Shown piece after piece: positions 52,466-64,000 of a stretch of DNA of 64,000 nucleotides (position 1 is the stretch's first letter; each line of letters opens with the position of its first letter). Both the position numbers and the translations under genes were made by a program. Under the pieces are notes generated by a model. It saw only the letters and a list, made by a program, of their open reading frames with translations. It was not told where the DNA came from and searched no databases. This DNA is from Azolla caroliniana (Eukaryota > Plantae > Polypodiophyta), in the NCBI GenBank assembly GCA_043228905.1, contig JBHGNT010000010.1:21390001-21454000 (forward strand), given 5' to 3'.

Positions 52466-55400
52466 TCACTGTTGCAGGAAGAGCTCCTGCTTTAATATGT
52501 AGTAGCATCCCAGCTGCTCACCGGGTTCCATTATAAAATGCTCATTAAAAGTGCCCATTCGGGTATTTTGCAAATCAAGGGAGCCATGATGTGGAAGACC
52601 TTCTACTTGGACTCCATCTCCTGTTGGTATGAAATGAGTGCCAATGACAAATGATCCCGAGGCACGAATCATCACACCACGCTTAGCATAGGCACAACAT
52701 TGCAAATTTTCCACCACGTGAACAAGTCGTTCATCAATATTTTCACCTATCAGCATTCTCCGAATGCTTGACAGTGTAGTGTATATATCTTCTGATCCAA
52801 TAATCATTTGGTTTCCAAACCTGGGTTAGGGTTATCACACACAAAATTTTAAAAATCACCACTCTTCGATCCCTACCACCCATGATGCTTATGAGTAAAT
52901 AAGCTAAATTTCACTTACGTTAGTGCTGAGTTCTCCCTGTACATTGTTTTCATGTGTGGCCATGTTCTTTCTGGACCATCAAACATAATATAATAATGCA
53001 CCGTTAGCATCTGCACAACAACACCAGGGTTAAGAGACCTAAATTCCCATCCTCATTAACCTAACATGAAGAGCTTTAGGTTACAAATTCACATCAGCAA
53101 GATCCTTGAGACGTTCTATAGGATCGAAGACATTTTGCACAAATGCAGCCAGATCGACTTCTGTAGTTTCATATTTCCTTATGAAAGCGTGTGATAGCAA
53201 CTGCACATGGCACAGGAAATGATTATTCTAGTGATACTTCACTTTCTCGGTGAACCAGAAAAAAGCTGAAATGGTTTCTTAACCAAACCTGCTCAGCAGT
53301 AGGCCTTGCATCTGCATCTTTTTGCAGACAAGCATCTACAAATGAGCAAAATTCAGGTGAAAAATGATCGACTGGAAGTGTTGGCGAGGGGTCATACATC
53401 ACCTGCCATATACCAGCAAATATTACGTTCACATATTACACTGGAAGGTGCCAGATACAACATCACATAGCACTTGAAGGACATAGTTTCAAATATTAAT
53501 CAGAGTCCAATGTTTCCACTAAGTGTCAGAATCACAGTCAACACTAAGGATCTTACCATCCACCCATTCATTTACCTCAGTCAGTTAAGAGCCACAAGAC
53601 CCATCCCATACAATGTCTAGAGGGCTATCACCCTTCACATGGAGAAGTTAGTGAGCAAAGGAACAATGAAGAGAATTGAGGTATGTGCCAAAGGGTAGTT
53701 AGTGTTTCATATACCAATAAGCCCTAAATTTTGTAGGCAAACCATAGTGATCGGGCAATGGCAATGCAATAGATAATAAACCTACTTTAGCCTTAGCTAA
53801 TCCCTTAATAATGTAGTTCTGTGCATGCTCATTACAATAAGCCTGCAATATGTTCATTTGGAATGAAGCAACATTAAGGAGCAATAGCTTCTATGGCGGT
53901 GCCTACCTAGTTTCTCATTCTCTAATTCACTTTGAAAATCAGAAGACAAAGCATGCAAGATGTTTCAAATGATGAATATTACGGGATTGATAGCTCTGTG
54001 GTAGTGCCCACTTTTTCATCACTCTAATCAGCCATGACAACCAATAGATACTTGAAAATGATATAACCAACAGAAATATAATCAAGTTAGCCTTTTTCTA
54101 ATAAAATTTGAATAAGATGGACGTATATTAGTAATGCCATACTTGCAGCATCAAGTTTACTGTCCCTTTGCTTGCATTATAAGGGAACACCCCAGTTGCA
54201 CATTCCAAGAGTGAGAGACCCAAGCTCCATACATCCGCAGGATAAGAGTAGCACTCGTTATTTATCCTTTCAGGTGACATATAAGTCACTGTGCCAACAA
54301 AGGTAGCGCACTGCATGATGTAGAGTATTCGAAATGAGGGATAACCAAAAAACTCAGTTAAATAAATCCAAATATGTAGACTTCTGACCATTGCTATTGA
54401 GTTGTCAAGGCCAGCACTGATTCCGAAATCCGTAATTTTAGGTTCACCATCTAGATTCACAAGCAGATTTGCTGGCTTTATATCCCTATGGACAAGGTGC
54501 CTTGACCCATGCAAAAACTGTAGACCCTGCACTAATACAAGAGTGAGATGGTTATGACCATCAGCTTTGAGGTTCATTGTTGATCATCGCACTAGTTAAA
54601 AACAGTCAGCATTGCATTGTTTTTACCTGAAGAACCTTCCTTGTGATGACAGATAAAATGTCTTCAGGTATGCTCTGCTTGGCGCGAATGATATCAGCCA
54701 GAGATCCACCATCCATATATTCGAGCGCAATACAGATTTGTCCGCTGTCGGGGGTGTAAAATGCTCCATTGAATTCCACCAAACCTGGTGCTCTTGGGGC
54801 TTCACACAATGTCCTAATCTCATTCAGAAGCTGTTGCCTCTTGTCCTGCCCAGGGGGGGGAAAAAGCATCAATGTAATGATTCCCAACAATATAGTCTCT
54901 GGAAAAAAAACAATTCATGACTTTCCACTGGTAAACTTTCAGATATATTTGTATTGCTTTTAATTGCTATACCATCTACAGGGTATATTGCACATTCAGA
55001 TTCTATTTTGTAAGTTTTCATCTCATATTCTCTCATATTCAGGTTGCACCATCTTGTCCACAACACAATATAGTAACATTTTTTTATGGACGTCCCCTCA
55101 TCTTCAGGTTTCTCACTAGTAATATGTAAGTAATTACTATGAGAAAAATAAAGACCATATCAAACATACAACAAGCGATGGATACCTTCTCGAAGATGTT
55201 AATCTTCTTTAAAGCTATAATGCGATGAGATGGAATGTGGATAGCCTTGCGGACAACACTACTAGCGCCCCATCCAATGGCTCCGAAGATACACATCTCA
55301 TGAGATGCACATCTGTACGTTCGTTCCAAACCACTACCGCTGCCTCCTCCTCCTTTTAAAGCGTCACTACGGCCACCATCTCCAACCTCATCATCCATGC

Positions 55401-56077
55401 CTCCATGATCATCTGTGCTGATGGATGAGGCTGATGATGATGAACTTCTCTTATGAAATCCTAGCTCATTGATGTTGTACTCTCCACATGATCTGCTTAA
55501 GAGATTCAATGTGCCACCTGCTGTAACCTGCAAAATATCAAAAATTCAAACAAGAGATTCACATTATAATGCACCCAGAATGGAAAACAGATCCATTATA
55601 CACACGAAAAGGACACTAAATACTTGGAAAAACATCACACTGCAAGACAAAAACAATCCAGAAAACATAGAATACAATGAAAAAAGAAAAAGTTGAGAAA
55701 ATACGAGCAAACGTTTTCACAATGATAAGCTATGAAAGCAGATCTATGAAACAGATTAATATGAAGTGAATAAACGCATAAAACTAATCAACGAATTATG
55801 GGAAGAAATTAAAAAGAAACACTCAGAAAAGCCTTAATAATAAAAATATAATCATCACTTGGAGGTGCGGCATATATAAATTCTTTAGCAATTGCGAGAT
55901 TGTAAGGAACAATTCTTCAATTATGGATGAGAATTTGGAGAATGGAGACGGAAAAGAAAGAAGGCGTACCTTGTACGAAGCCGAGGCGTCAATGAACATA
56001 TCTGGGCACAAGCTGTTGTTGTTTTCTGTACTAAGAAGGGGGAGCAATTTCTTGCGAATCTGTTCAAGCCCCGCCAT
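52466..56077 (-). CDS. MKK3: Mitogen-activated protein kinase kinase 3 (group B MAPKK with C-terminal NTF2-like domain)
   Basis: [15 protein letters not shown]...ASYK / [27 protein letters not shown]...[30 protein letters not shown] / ...EYMDGGSL / HRDIKPAN...[14 protein letters not shown]|[16 protein letters not shown]... / [12 protein letters not shown] / ...[10 protein letters not shown]...[10 protein letters not shown]...GTFNEHF...[12 protein letters not shown]. Confidence 0.96.
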
Positions 56078-56613
56078 AGGCACAGAGGAGGAGGCAGAGA
56101 AACAGAGAGAGCGCTCTTCTTCCTCAACCTTCGTCTTCTTCACCTCCCTGAATTTTACTCATCATAATTGTTTCAGAAAGTGGGGACTCTTTCTCGTTTA
56201 ATGTCCGCTCTGCTTTCTCACTAATTAAAACAGGGGTCTCATCTTTCTTTCTTCATGTAAGTAAAAACTACTTACCCATACACCATACATACTTACTAGA
56301 AATTATAACTTACAAGTTACTACTACTACTACACACTTAAGAACCATTACATTAGACATCGCACACATAAAACCAATGGTTAAGACCTAGACATTTGTCC
56401 ACTCGAATCAAAGGCTCATGTCGTGATGTATCCGGTTCATGATTCGTCATTTGGAGAACTACAAATCGAGACCCCTTTGTACGCAACCCCATTTGAAATT
56501 TACCAACCAGTGTTTTTTTCCCCTGATTTGAATGCGTCCAACAGATCTCTAAACACACATGAAACCAATGGTTAAACTGGGAAATTTGTCCACTTGAATC
56601 TGAAGGCTCATGT

Positions 56614-57232
56614 TGATGGAAAATAATCGCGGAAAAATAATCGACACTTTCCAAACTTCACCTCTCGGCCACAACCAAGGAAACACACGAATCGTTGTTG
56701 CAGAAAATGGGAAATGCAAAGGTAAATAAGTGGACACACGATTTAACGTGGAAAACCCTGTACGGGAAAAACCACGGGAGTACAAGACTCCGAACCAAAA
56801 CTATGCACAGAGAAATATACAATGGCGAGCTGCAAGGCGACGACCTTGAGCTCGCTGTCCTCGCCACAGGCGGCGGAATTACACAGAGGCGTCGACCTCT
56901 TCCTCTCTCACGCTCTATCTCTCTCACGGCTGCTCTCTCTTCACTCCTCTTGAGTGGAAAAACAGAAAAATGAGTAGCAACGTCAAAACTGTTTGCCCTA
57001 AGTCATATTTATACACATATGACTTTAGGGCTATTTACAACTATAGCCTCAAGGGCCCTTGGCAAACATATTCACAGATATGTCCCCGCATCCGGATCTC
57101 TCTCCGGGTACATTCGTCATCCGGCTGCGAAGCCGGGGTCTTCATCATCTGGTTCCGAAACCGCAACCGGGCTTGTCGTCATTCATCTCCGGACATCCGA
57201 CCATCCCATCCGGAGGGACCGTAATCCCAACA
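56614..57232 (-). repeat. 3' LTR of the Copia element
   Basis: Differs from the 5' LTR at three positions that I could find. TATA-like TATAAATA on the minus strand at ~57006-57013. Confidence 0.96.
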
Positions 57233-57243
57233 AACTCCCCCTT

Positions 57244-60200
57244 CACTTCGGCATGGGATGTCTCTCCAATCCGATCCTCTTCCGGCATGCTTCCAGCTTG
57301 TCGGGTGTGAGCACCTTGGTCAGCATATCCGCCGTTCTCGTCCGTGTGGATCTTCGTCAGCACGAACTCCTTGTCTTCTATCCTTTCCCGGATCCAGTGA
57401 TATCTTCGCTGGATGTGCTTCGTCCGGGAGTGATAGGCCGCGTTCTTCGCAAGATGGATTGCACTCTAACTGTCGCAGTAGAGTCGGTACTCCTCCTGCC
57501 GGATACCGAGCTCTCTAATGAAGTCCTTCATCCATATTATTTCCTTGCCGGCTTCAACAGCCGCCATGTACTCCGCCTCCGTGGTTGACAACGCAACCGT
57601 CTTCTGCAGCCTCGACTGCCATGAAACAGCTCCCCCTGCATACGTCATCACATACCCTGATGTGGACCGGTTGGTATCTGCATCAGCCGACATATCCGAA
57701 TCGGTGAAGTCGTCGAGTTCGGGCTTACCGGAGCCGAATCGGAGGAACACGTTTGTCGTGCCCTTCAGGTATCGGAGTATCCACTTGGCCGCGTTCAAAT
57801 GCTCTTTGCCGGGATTGCTCATGTACTGGCTCACCACTCCGACTGCATATCCTATGTCCGGTCGGGTACACACCATTGCGTACATCAAGCTCCCGACGGT
57901 AGAGGCATATGGTACTTTCATCATGTCCTCCTTCTCAGCCTTTGTCTTGGGGCTCTGCTTGCTGGACAGCTTGCAGTTTGCCGGGAGTGTTGACCCGACC
58001 GGTCTTGGTTCCGACATGTTGAACCGGTGAAGCACCTTTGTCACGTACTTCTCCTGTGACAGCCACAACTGCTTCTTCTTCCGGTCCCGGATGATGTGCA
58101 TCCCTAGTATTTGCCTCGCCGGACCCAGGTCCTTCATTGAGAAGGTTCGGTGAAGAGCCTTCTTCAGCATCCGTATCTTGACCCGGTCTCGTCCGACGAT
58201 CAACATGTCGTCCACGTACAGGAGGAGTATTAGAAAGTCTCCTCCTTCGAACTTCTTCACAAACACGCAGTGATCGGACTGCGTTTTGTGGTACCCTTCG
58301 TCTGTCATGAAGGAGTCGAACTTCCGGTACCATTGCCGGGGAGCCTGCTTCAGACCGTAAAGGCTCTTCTTCAACCGGCATACCAGGTGCTCCTTCCCTT
58401 TCTTCTCGAATCCTTCCGGTTGCTGCATGTAGATCTCTTCTTCGAGGTCACCGTGAAGGAATGTCGTCTTCACGTCCATCTGTTCTATCTCGAGGTCCAT
58501 GCTTGCCGCTATGCTCAGCACCGTCCGGATGGAGGTCATCTTCACTACCGAGGCAAATATCTCGTCGAAGTCGACGCCCTTCTTCTGCTGAAACCCCTTC
58601 ACCACGATCCTGGCTTTGTATCTCGGGGGGTTTCCGGCATCTCCCGGTTTCAGCTTGAACACCCACTTGTTACGGAGTGCCCGTTTTCCTTTCGGCAACT
58701 CCACAAGTTCATATGTGTGGTTCTCATGCAGGGAATCCATCTCCTCCTGCATGGCACTTAACCACCTGCGGCTATGGGTGTCATGCTTCGCTTCTTCAAA
58801 GCTCTCCGGCTCCCCCTCGTCGGTTAGCAGCACGTGCTCTGGTTCCGGAAATCTCCGGGGAGCCCTTCTCTCTCTTAGAGGATATCTCCGTTCCGGAGCT
58901 TCGGTAACCGGTTCTTCCGATTCTTCTTCATCCGAATCCATTTCGGGATCGGGGCCGGTTCCGATATCATTTTCATCTTCTTCGGCCGGTTCTGTTTCTT
59001 CACCGTCTTCGGCCGGATCTTCGAGTGTTAACCGGTCCCTTGCCAGTCGGGACTGCTCCTCGTAGAGTTTATCCTCACCGGTCGACTTGGAGCTCTTCAT
59101 CTTCTTCTCCGACTCCCAGTCGGCGAGTGTCTTGTTCTCCATGAAGATGATATCACGACTCCGGAATATCTTCTTGTCGACCGGGTCCCATACTCTGTAG
59201 CCGAACTCGTCATCGCCGTAACCGAGGAATATGCATGGCCGGGTCTTTGGATCTAGCTTTCCTCTCCGGTCCTTTGCCACATGCACGTATGCGAGACACC
59301 CGAACACCTTCAGATGCCGGTAGGATACTTCCCTACCGGTCCACACTCTCTGCGGCGTATCTCCGTCCAAAGGTACTGAGGGTGATCTGTTTATCACGTA
59401 TGTCGCCGTCGACATCGCCTCAGCCCAAAACCCCTTGGGTAATTCCGCATGTGCCAGCATACTCCGGACCCTCTCCATTATGGTCCGGTTCATCCTCTCG
59501 GCCAGCCCGTTCAGTTCCGGCGTCTTCGGCACAGTAAACTCGAGCCGGATTCCCTTCGAGCGGCAATACTCCGCGAACTGCCCCCGGTATTCCCCTTCGT
59601 TATCCGCTCGTATCGCTTTCAGCTTCTTGCCGGATTCCCTTTCCACTCTCGCGTGGAGTTCTTTGAAGACGCACAACACTTGGTCCTTTGTCTTCAGCGG
59701 TGCCGTCCACAGTTTTCGGCTATGATCATCTATGAATGTTACGAAGTATTGGGCTCCGCCATGTGACTTCGTTTCTACCTGACACACATCAGTGTGCACC
59801 AACTCCAATGGTGCGCTACGTCTCGTCGGTGGCCTTGAGTGGAAAGAGGTTCGGTTCTGCTTACCGGCCAGGCAATCGGTGCACTTCTCCAGGTGCACAT
59901 GCTTCACTGGAATAAGGTTGTCTTCTGCAAGCCTCTTCATCCCCTTCTCACTCATGTGGCACAGTCTCTTGTGCCACAGCTCACCGGCAGTGTCGGCTAC
60001 CACGTTCAACTCTTCCGGACACAACCGGGCATTCATAAGGTACAGTGTGTTGACTTTCCGGGCCCGAGCCACTATCAGGCTCCCCTTGCTGAACTTCATT
60101 ACGCCGTTCCGGATGCTACCTGTGTAGCCTTCATCGTCTAGCCTCCCGGCCGAAATCAGGTTCAGTCGAACCTCCGGAACGTATCGGACATCCTTCAGCA

Positions 60201-61314
60201 GCATTTTGCATCCGGTCGAGGTTGTCAACCACACGTCTCCTATGCCGGCAATCCGGCACGTACCTTCATTTCCCATCCGAACATAGCCATGCTCACCGAC
60301 TGTGTAGGATGAGAAGTATCTTCTCTCCGGGGTCAGGTGGAATGATGCTCCGGAATCGACCACCCAGGTCGTCTCATCGCCGGCAATGTTTAGTTCACCT
60401 TCTTCGGTGATGAGCATGATTTCTTCCTCACTTGCCGCGAGTGCCGTCGTTCCTTTCCGGTCCTGCCCTCGCTGATCCGGACCTCTCCGGTCCGTGACTC
60501 CCCGGTATGCACCGTTTCTCTCCGGTGACTTCTTCGAATCGGTGTCGTCGGCTCCGTTGTCCTTTCGGTAATGCCGACAATTCTTCCGGAAGTGCCCCGG
60601 CTTCCCACAGTGGAAGCATGTGGGTCTTCCTCTTGACTGCGACCGGGTCCCCGACTTCTCCCGTCTTTGCGGACTCCGGTTCCATTGTCTTCCCCGTTCC
60701 GATTCGGTAAGCAGCGCCTTCGAGTCGGAGGCCGGTTCTTTATCTCTCCGACGCGCTTCTTCGTTCAAAATACTTGTCTTTACCGTTTGTAGGGACAAGT
60801 TATCTTCCGTGCAGGAGGTGCTGAGAGTCACCACCAAGTTCTCCCAGCTTTCCGGCAATGTACACATCAGAATGATGGCTTGCATTGCATCCTCCAGCGG
60901 GAACTTGATCGCCGCAAGCTGGTTCACGAATCCCATGAACGTGCTTACGTGTTCCACCATACTCTCGCCGTCCCGGTACTTGAGGTTCACTATCTTCCTC
61001 ATCAGGGAGGTCCGGTTCAACGCGTTCTTCCTCTCGTAGAGGCCCGACAGCTTCCGCCACATCTCATATGCGTTGATGTCGTTCGCCACATGTTGTAGAA
61101 CGCTCACGTCGACATATTGCCGAATGGTTGCAACGGCTTTCCGGTTCAGAAGCCTCCATTCCGACTCAAGTACCCCCTTCGGTATTTCCGACCTGTCAAT
61201 CGGTTCGTACAGGTCCCGAACAATCAGAAGATCCTCCATCTTGATCTTCTAGTCGGCGTAATTCTGCGCATTCAGCACCATCATCCCCGGCTGCCCGCTG
61301 CCGCCGCCTTCCAT
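57244..61314 (-). pseudogene. Copia gag-pol polyprotein, disrupted by two nonsense codons and a terminal frameshift
   Basis: Starts MEGGGSGQPGMMVLNAQNYAD*KIKMEDLL (TAG at 61249 where Trp is usual). Motifs include CFHCGKPGHFRKNC, WVVDSGASFH, WHKRLCH, integrase D-D-E, LLLYVDDML and EAEYMA. A second TAG at 57466 falls in YCDS*SAIHLAKN, and a frameshift at ~57333 precedes ADMLTK. Confidence 0.93.
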
Positions 61315-61344
61315 TTTCTGCAGCAGCCTGCTCTGATACCAAAT

Positions 61345-61963
61345 TGATGGAAAATAATCGCGGAAAAATAATCGACACTTTCCAAACTTCACCTCTCGGC
61401 CACAACCAAGGAAACACACGAATCGTTGTTGCAGAAAATGGGAAATGCAAAGGTAAATAAGTGGACACACGATTTAACGTGGAAAACCCTGTACGGGAAA
61501 AACCACGGGAGTACAAGACTCCGAACCAAAACTATGCACAGAGAAATATACAATGGCGAGCTGCAAGGCGACGACCTTGAGCTCGCTGTCCTCGCCACAG
61601 GCGGCGGAATTACACAGAGGCGTCGACCTCTTCCTCTCTCACGCTCTATCTCTCTCACGGCTGCTCTCTCTTCACTCCTCTTGAGTGGAAAAACAGAAAA
61701 ATGAGTAGCAACGTCAAAACTGTTTGCCCTAAGTCATATTTATACACATATGACTTTAGGTCTATTTACAACTATAGCCTCAAGGGCCCTTGGCAAACAT
61801 ATTCACAGATATGTCCCCGCATCCGGATCTCTCTCCGGGTACATTCGTCATCCGGCTCCGAAGCCGGGGTCTTCATCATCCGGTTCCGAAACCGCAACCG
61901 GGCTTGTCGTCATTCATCTCCGGACATCCGACCATCCCATCCGGAGGGACCGTAATCCCAACA
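61345..61963 (-). repeat. 5' LTR of the Copia element
   Basis: Followed on the element strand by ATT and the tRNA-iMet PBS. Confidence 0.96.
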
Positions 61964-64000
61964 CATGTCAAGATGTGCTTGGCTCGTAGTTCACTCTAGA
62001 TTATGCATTGTTGGGCTACTCCACAAACTAAGACTTGAGACCTCTAAATGCAGCTTGGTTTGAAACTCACCAACCGATGTTTTTTTCTAGTTTGGATGCA
62101 CTCAATAGATCTCTGAACATCCTAGCAACCGCGGACATGACTACTACTTGGGTTGGATGTAGACAACATGGGATTTTGATCGAGCTCCCAATGTAAATGT
62201 GTGCTACAAAATGGAGTCGTTTAGTTGCTAAAATTTTGTGCACAATATTGTCATGATCATATGAGATGTCATACATCGCTTGCACAGTTTGAACTACGAC
62301 AACCTTGATTTTTGTTAGAAAAATTCATGAAACATGTCTTAGAAAACCTTAGGAAGCTTCAAAAAATAAACTTTACACCTCCTATAGAACTAAAATGTGT
62401 ATGACATGCAACTTACAAAAGCTATGAGCTTTTTAATAGGGGGTTCTTCATATTTTTACTTTAAAGGTTGGGACTTTAACTTTCTTCTCTCCCGTAAACC
62501 CTAACCTCGTCTTAAGCCTTTAGCTCAAACCTTAAGCATTTGAACTCTACCTTTTGTATTTGAGTGTGAAGAACCAATTTAGGTTTTCATTGTTCATGTG
62601 ATTTGAATTTCTGGTTTTGAGCAATTAGTTTTTTGGCAATAAAATTTTCTAATTAGTGGCAAGATTTCCATTAATTTATGATTCTTTACCTCATATTTCC
62701 TTGTCTTAATTTTTTGTGCAATTTTGTTGTAGACTATCACAAACATGGCGTATTCCCTAATAAGTACATTGTTGCTAGTTAAGAAATTCAAAGGAGATCT
62801 TAAAAGTTAATTATTGTCACATACAAATTATAGAACTCGCAATCTAACCAATCATCCTAGGTTGGAGATATCAAAATTTGATAAACCTTAATGCTTTCAC
62901 AATCAATCAAAGTAATCAATGTGGGCTCATACTTGGACGAATCCTCCTATTTCCAAAAGCTCTAATTTGAGATAGCTCATATTCCCATGAGTTCTCTTGT
63001 ATTTGGAAAAAATTATGGGATTCATAACAATAAAATTCTAGCCATTATAGATTCTTTTGAAAAATGGCATTAGTTCTTGAAGTGTTCTACCTATCCTTGG
63101 GGAACTTTTGGTACATTTTGGGATGTCTCACACTATTGACCACCTCAACCATATCATGTTTATAACATTATTTTAAACGAAATGCATTCACATGAATTAA
63201 TGGTCATGCATTGACAGCAAAATTGTTATTATCCATAGCTCAAGGGATAATATTCATTATTAGTTTGTGGTATCATTCTAATGCAACATTAGTCTTCAAC
63301 ATAATCTTGCAACTCTTGTTCTTGTCTCAAATAAAATTCCTTTACTTTATTTTCCATTTCTGATTCAGCATTGTCTTTTGCTTCGACTTTCAATTACTTG
63401 TTTGGATGATTTTGCTTAACATGTCTTATACCATATTTTTCTAGGTCATGCTTCTTACTCAAGAGCCAAGTATTCTCATAAATATTATGAAACTTCCAAT
63501 TGCCATGACAAGTCATTCTTTCGAAATAATGTTTTGTATGCTCTCATTGGCCTTTCTTGACCTCAAGTCTTCCAACATTGCCATGCCATTACGCTAGTTG
63601 AACATTTTCCATAAGTCTCAATGTCGTTCCATTAGTGGTGGATTAACTCACTAAGAGACAAATTATTTGAACAAGCATCATGGGTTCCTACATGACAACG
63701 CACAATTGTGGACCACAAATTATCTCAAGCTACTCAATATTTCCAAAGCATGTGCACATGATGGATTAGTTAGTCGTTTCATAGCATGCAGCTAATTTCC
63801 ACATAAATTTAATCACTGAAAAGTCCAAGTTTAATCAATTATAATTAAAGCAAATTGATTGATGTAGAGGAAAAGAACTCTCATGAGAGAGTATTTATTT
63901 GGGAAATCTTGGACCATCGAAAAAACCTTACATAGGGATGTCTCTGTAATAAGGATGATGACGACGACAACGACAACAATGATGATGATGACCATTCGAT

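Larger units (their letters stand above)
56614..61963 (-). mobile_element. Full-length Ty1/Copia LTR retrotransposon, Tnt1/Tork-like, 5,350 bp
   Basis: Two 619-bp TG...CA LTRs; 5-bp TSD CATGT (56609-56613 and 61964-61968); PBS TGGTATCAGAGC (61330-61341); PPT AGTGAAGGGGGAG (57235-57247); domain order gag-PR-INT-RT-RH. Confidence 0.98.
56360..62120. repeat. Older ~190-bp direct duplication whose second unit is split by the Copia insertion
   Basis: Unit 1 is ~56362-56553. Unit 2 starts at ~56554 (aaaccaatggttaa...atttgtccact.gaatc..aaggctCATGT) and continues after 61968 with ...tttgaaa.t.accaacc..tgttttttt...tttg.atgc..caa.agatctct.aaca. Confidence 0.7.

Noticed and set aside
61249-61251. Gag TAG as a programmed readthrough site
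   Set aside because: It replaces a normally conserved Trp only 21 codons into Gag. A G>A mutation is the simpler explanation.
56549-61999. Many 60-190-aa ORFs in the LTRs and antisense to gag-pol
   Set aside because: These are expected from high GC content and codon shadowing. They show no recognisable domains and are duplicated only because the LTRs are.
62200-64000. Possible transposase remnant and telomere-like aaaccctaa motifs
   Set aside because: No collinear protein motifs were recovered, and the motifs are isolated and degenerate.

Overview
Plant nuclear DNA that is AT-rich and intron-rich. The protein styles suggest a fern or other non-seed vascular plant, which is an inference. Eight host genes can be reconstructed by splicing: the 3' end of a PLS/E-type PPR gene (+), RUS5/DUF647 (-), a SYP13 syntaxin (-), a TMEM128-like gene (+), a GT14/GlcAT14 glucuronosyltransferase (-), BolA2 (-), an OTU deubiquitinase (-) and MKK3 with its NTF2 tail (-). 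Mobile DNA includes a young, GC-rich, full-length Tnt1/Tork-like Copia element (5,350 bp, 619-bp LTRs, CATGT target-site duplication) about 540 bp upstream of MKK3. There are also a hAT-type MITE with an 8-bp TSD, three copies of an apparent tRNA-derived SINE, two decayed L1 LINE fragments, an LTR-like remnant and many local tandem duplications. No unambiguous new multi-gene system is visible. The best leads are the SINE family, a G:U-biased foldback hairpin, the Copia-MKK3 promoter arrangement, a 286-bp array with a templated junction, and a decayed PPR E+ tail. Coordinates were read by eye and may be off by a few bases.
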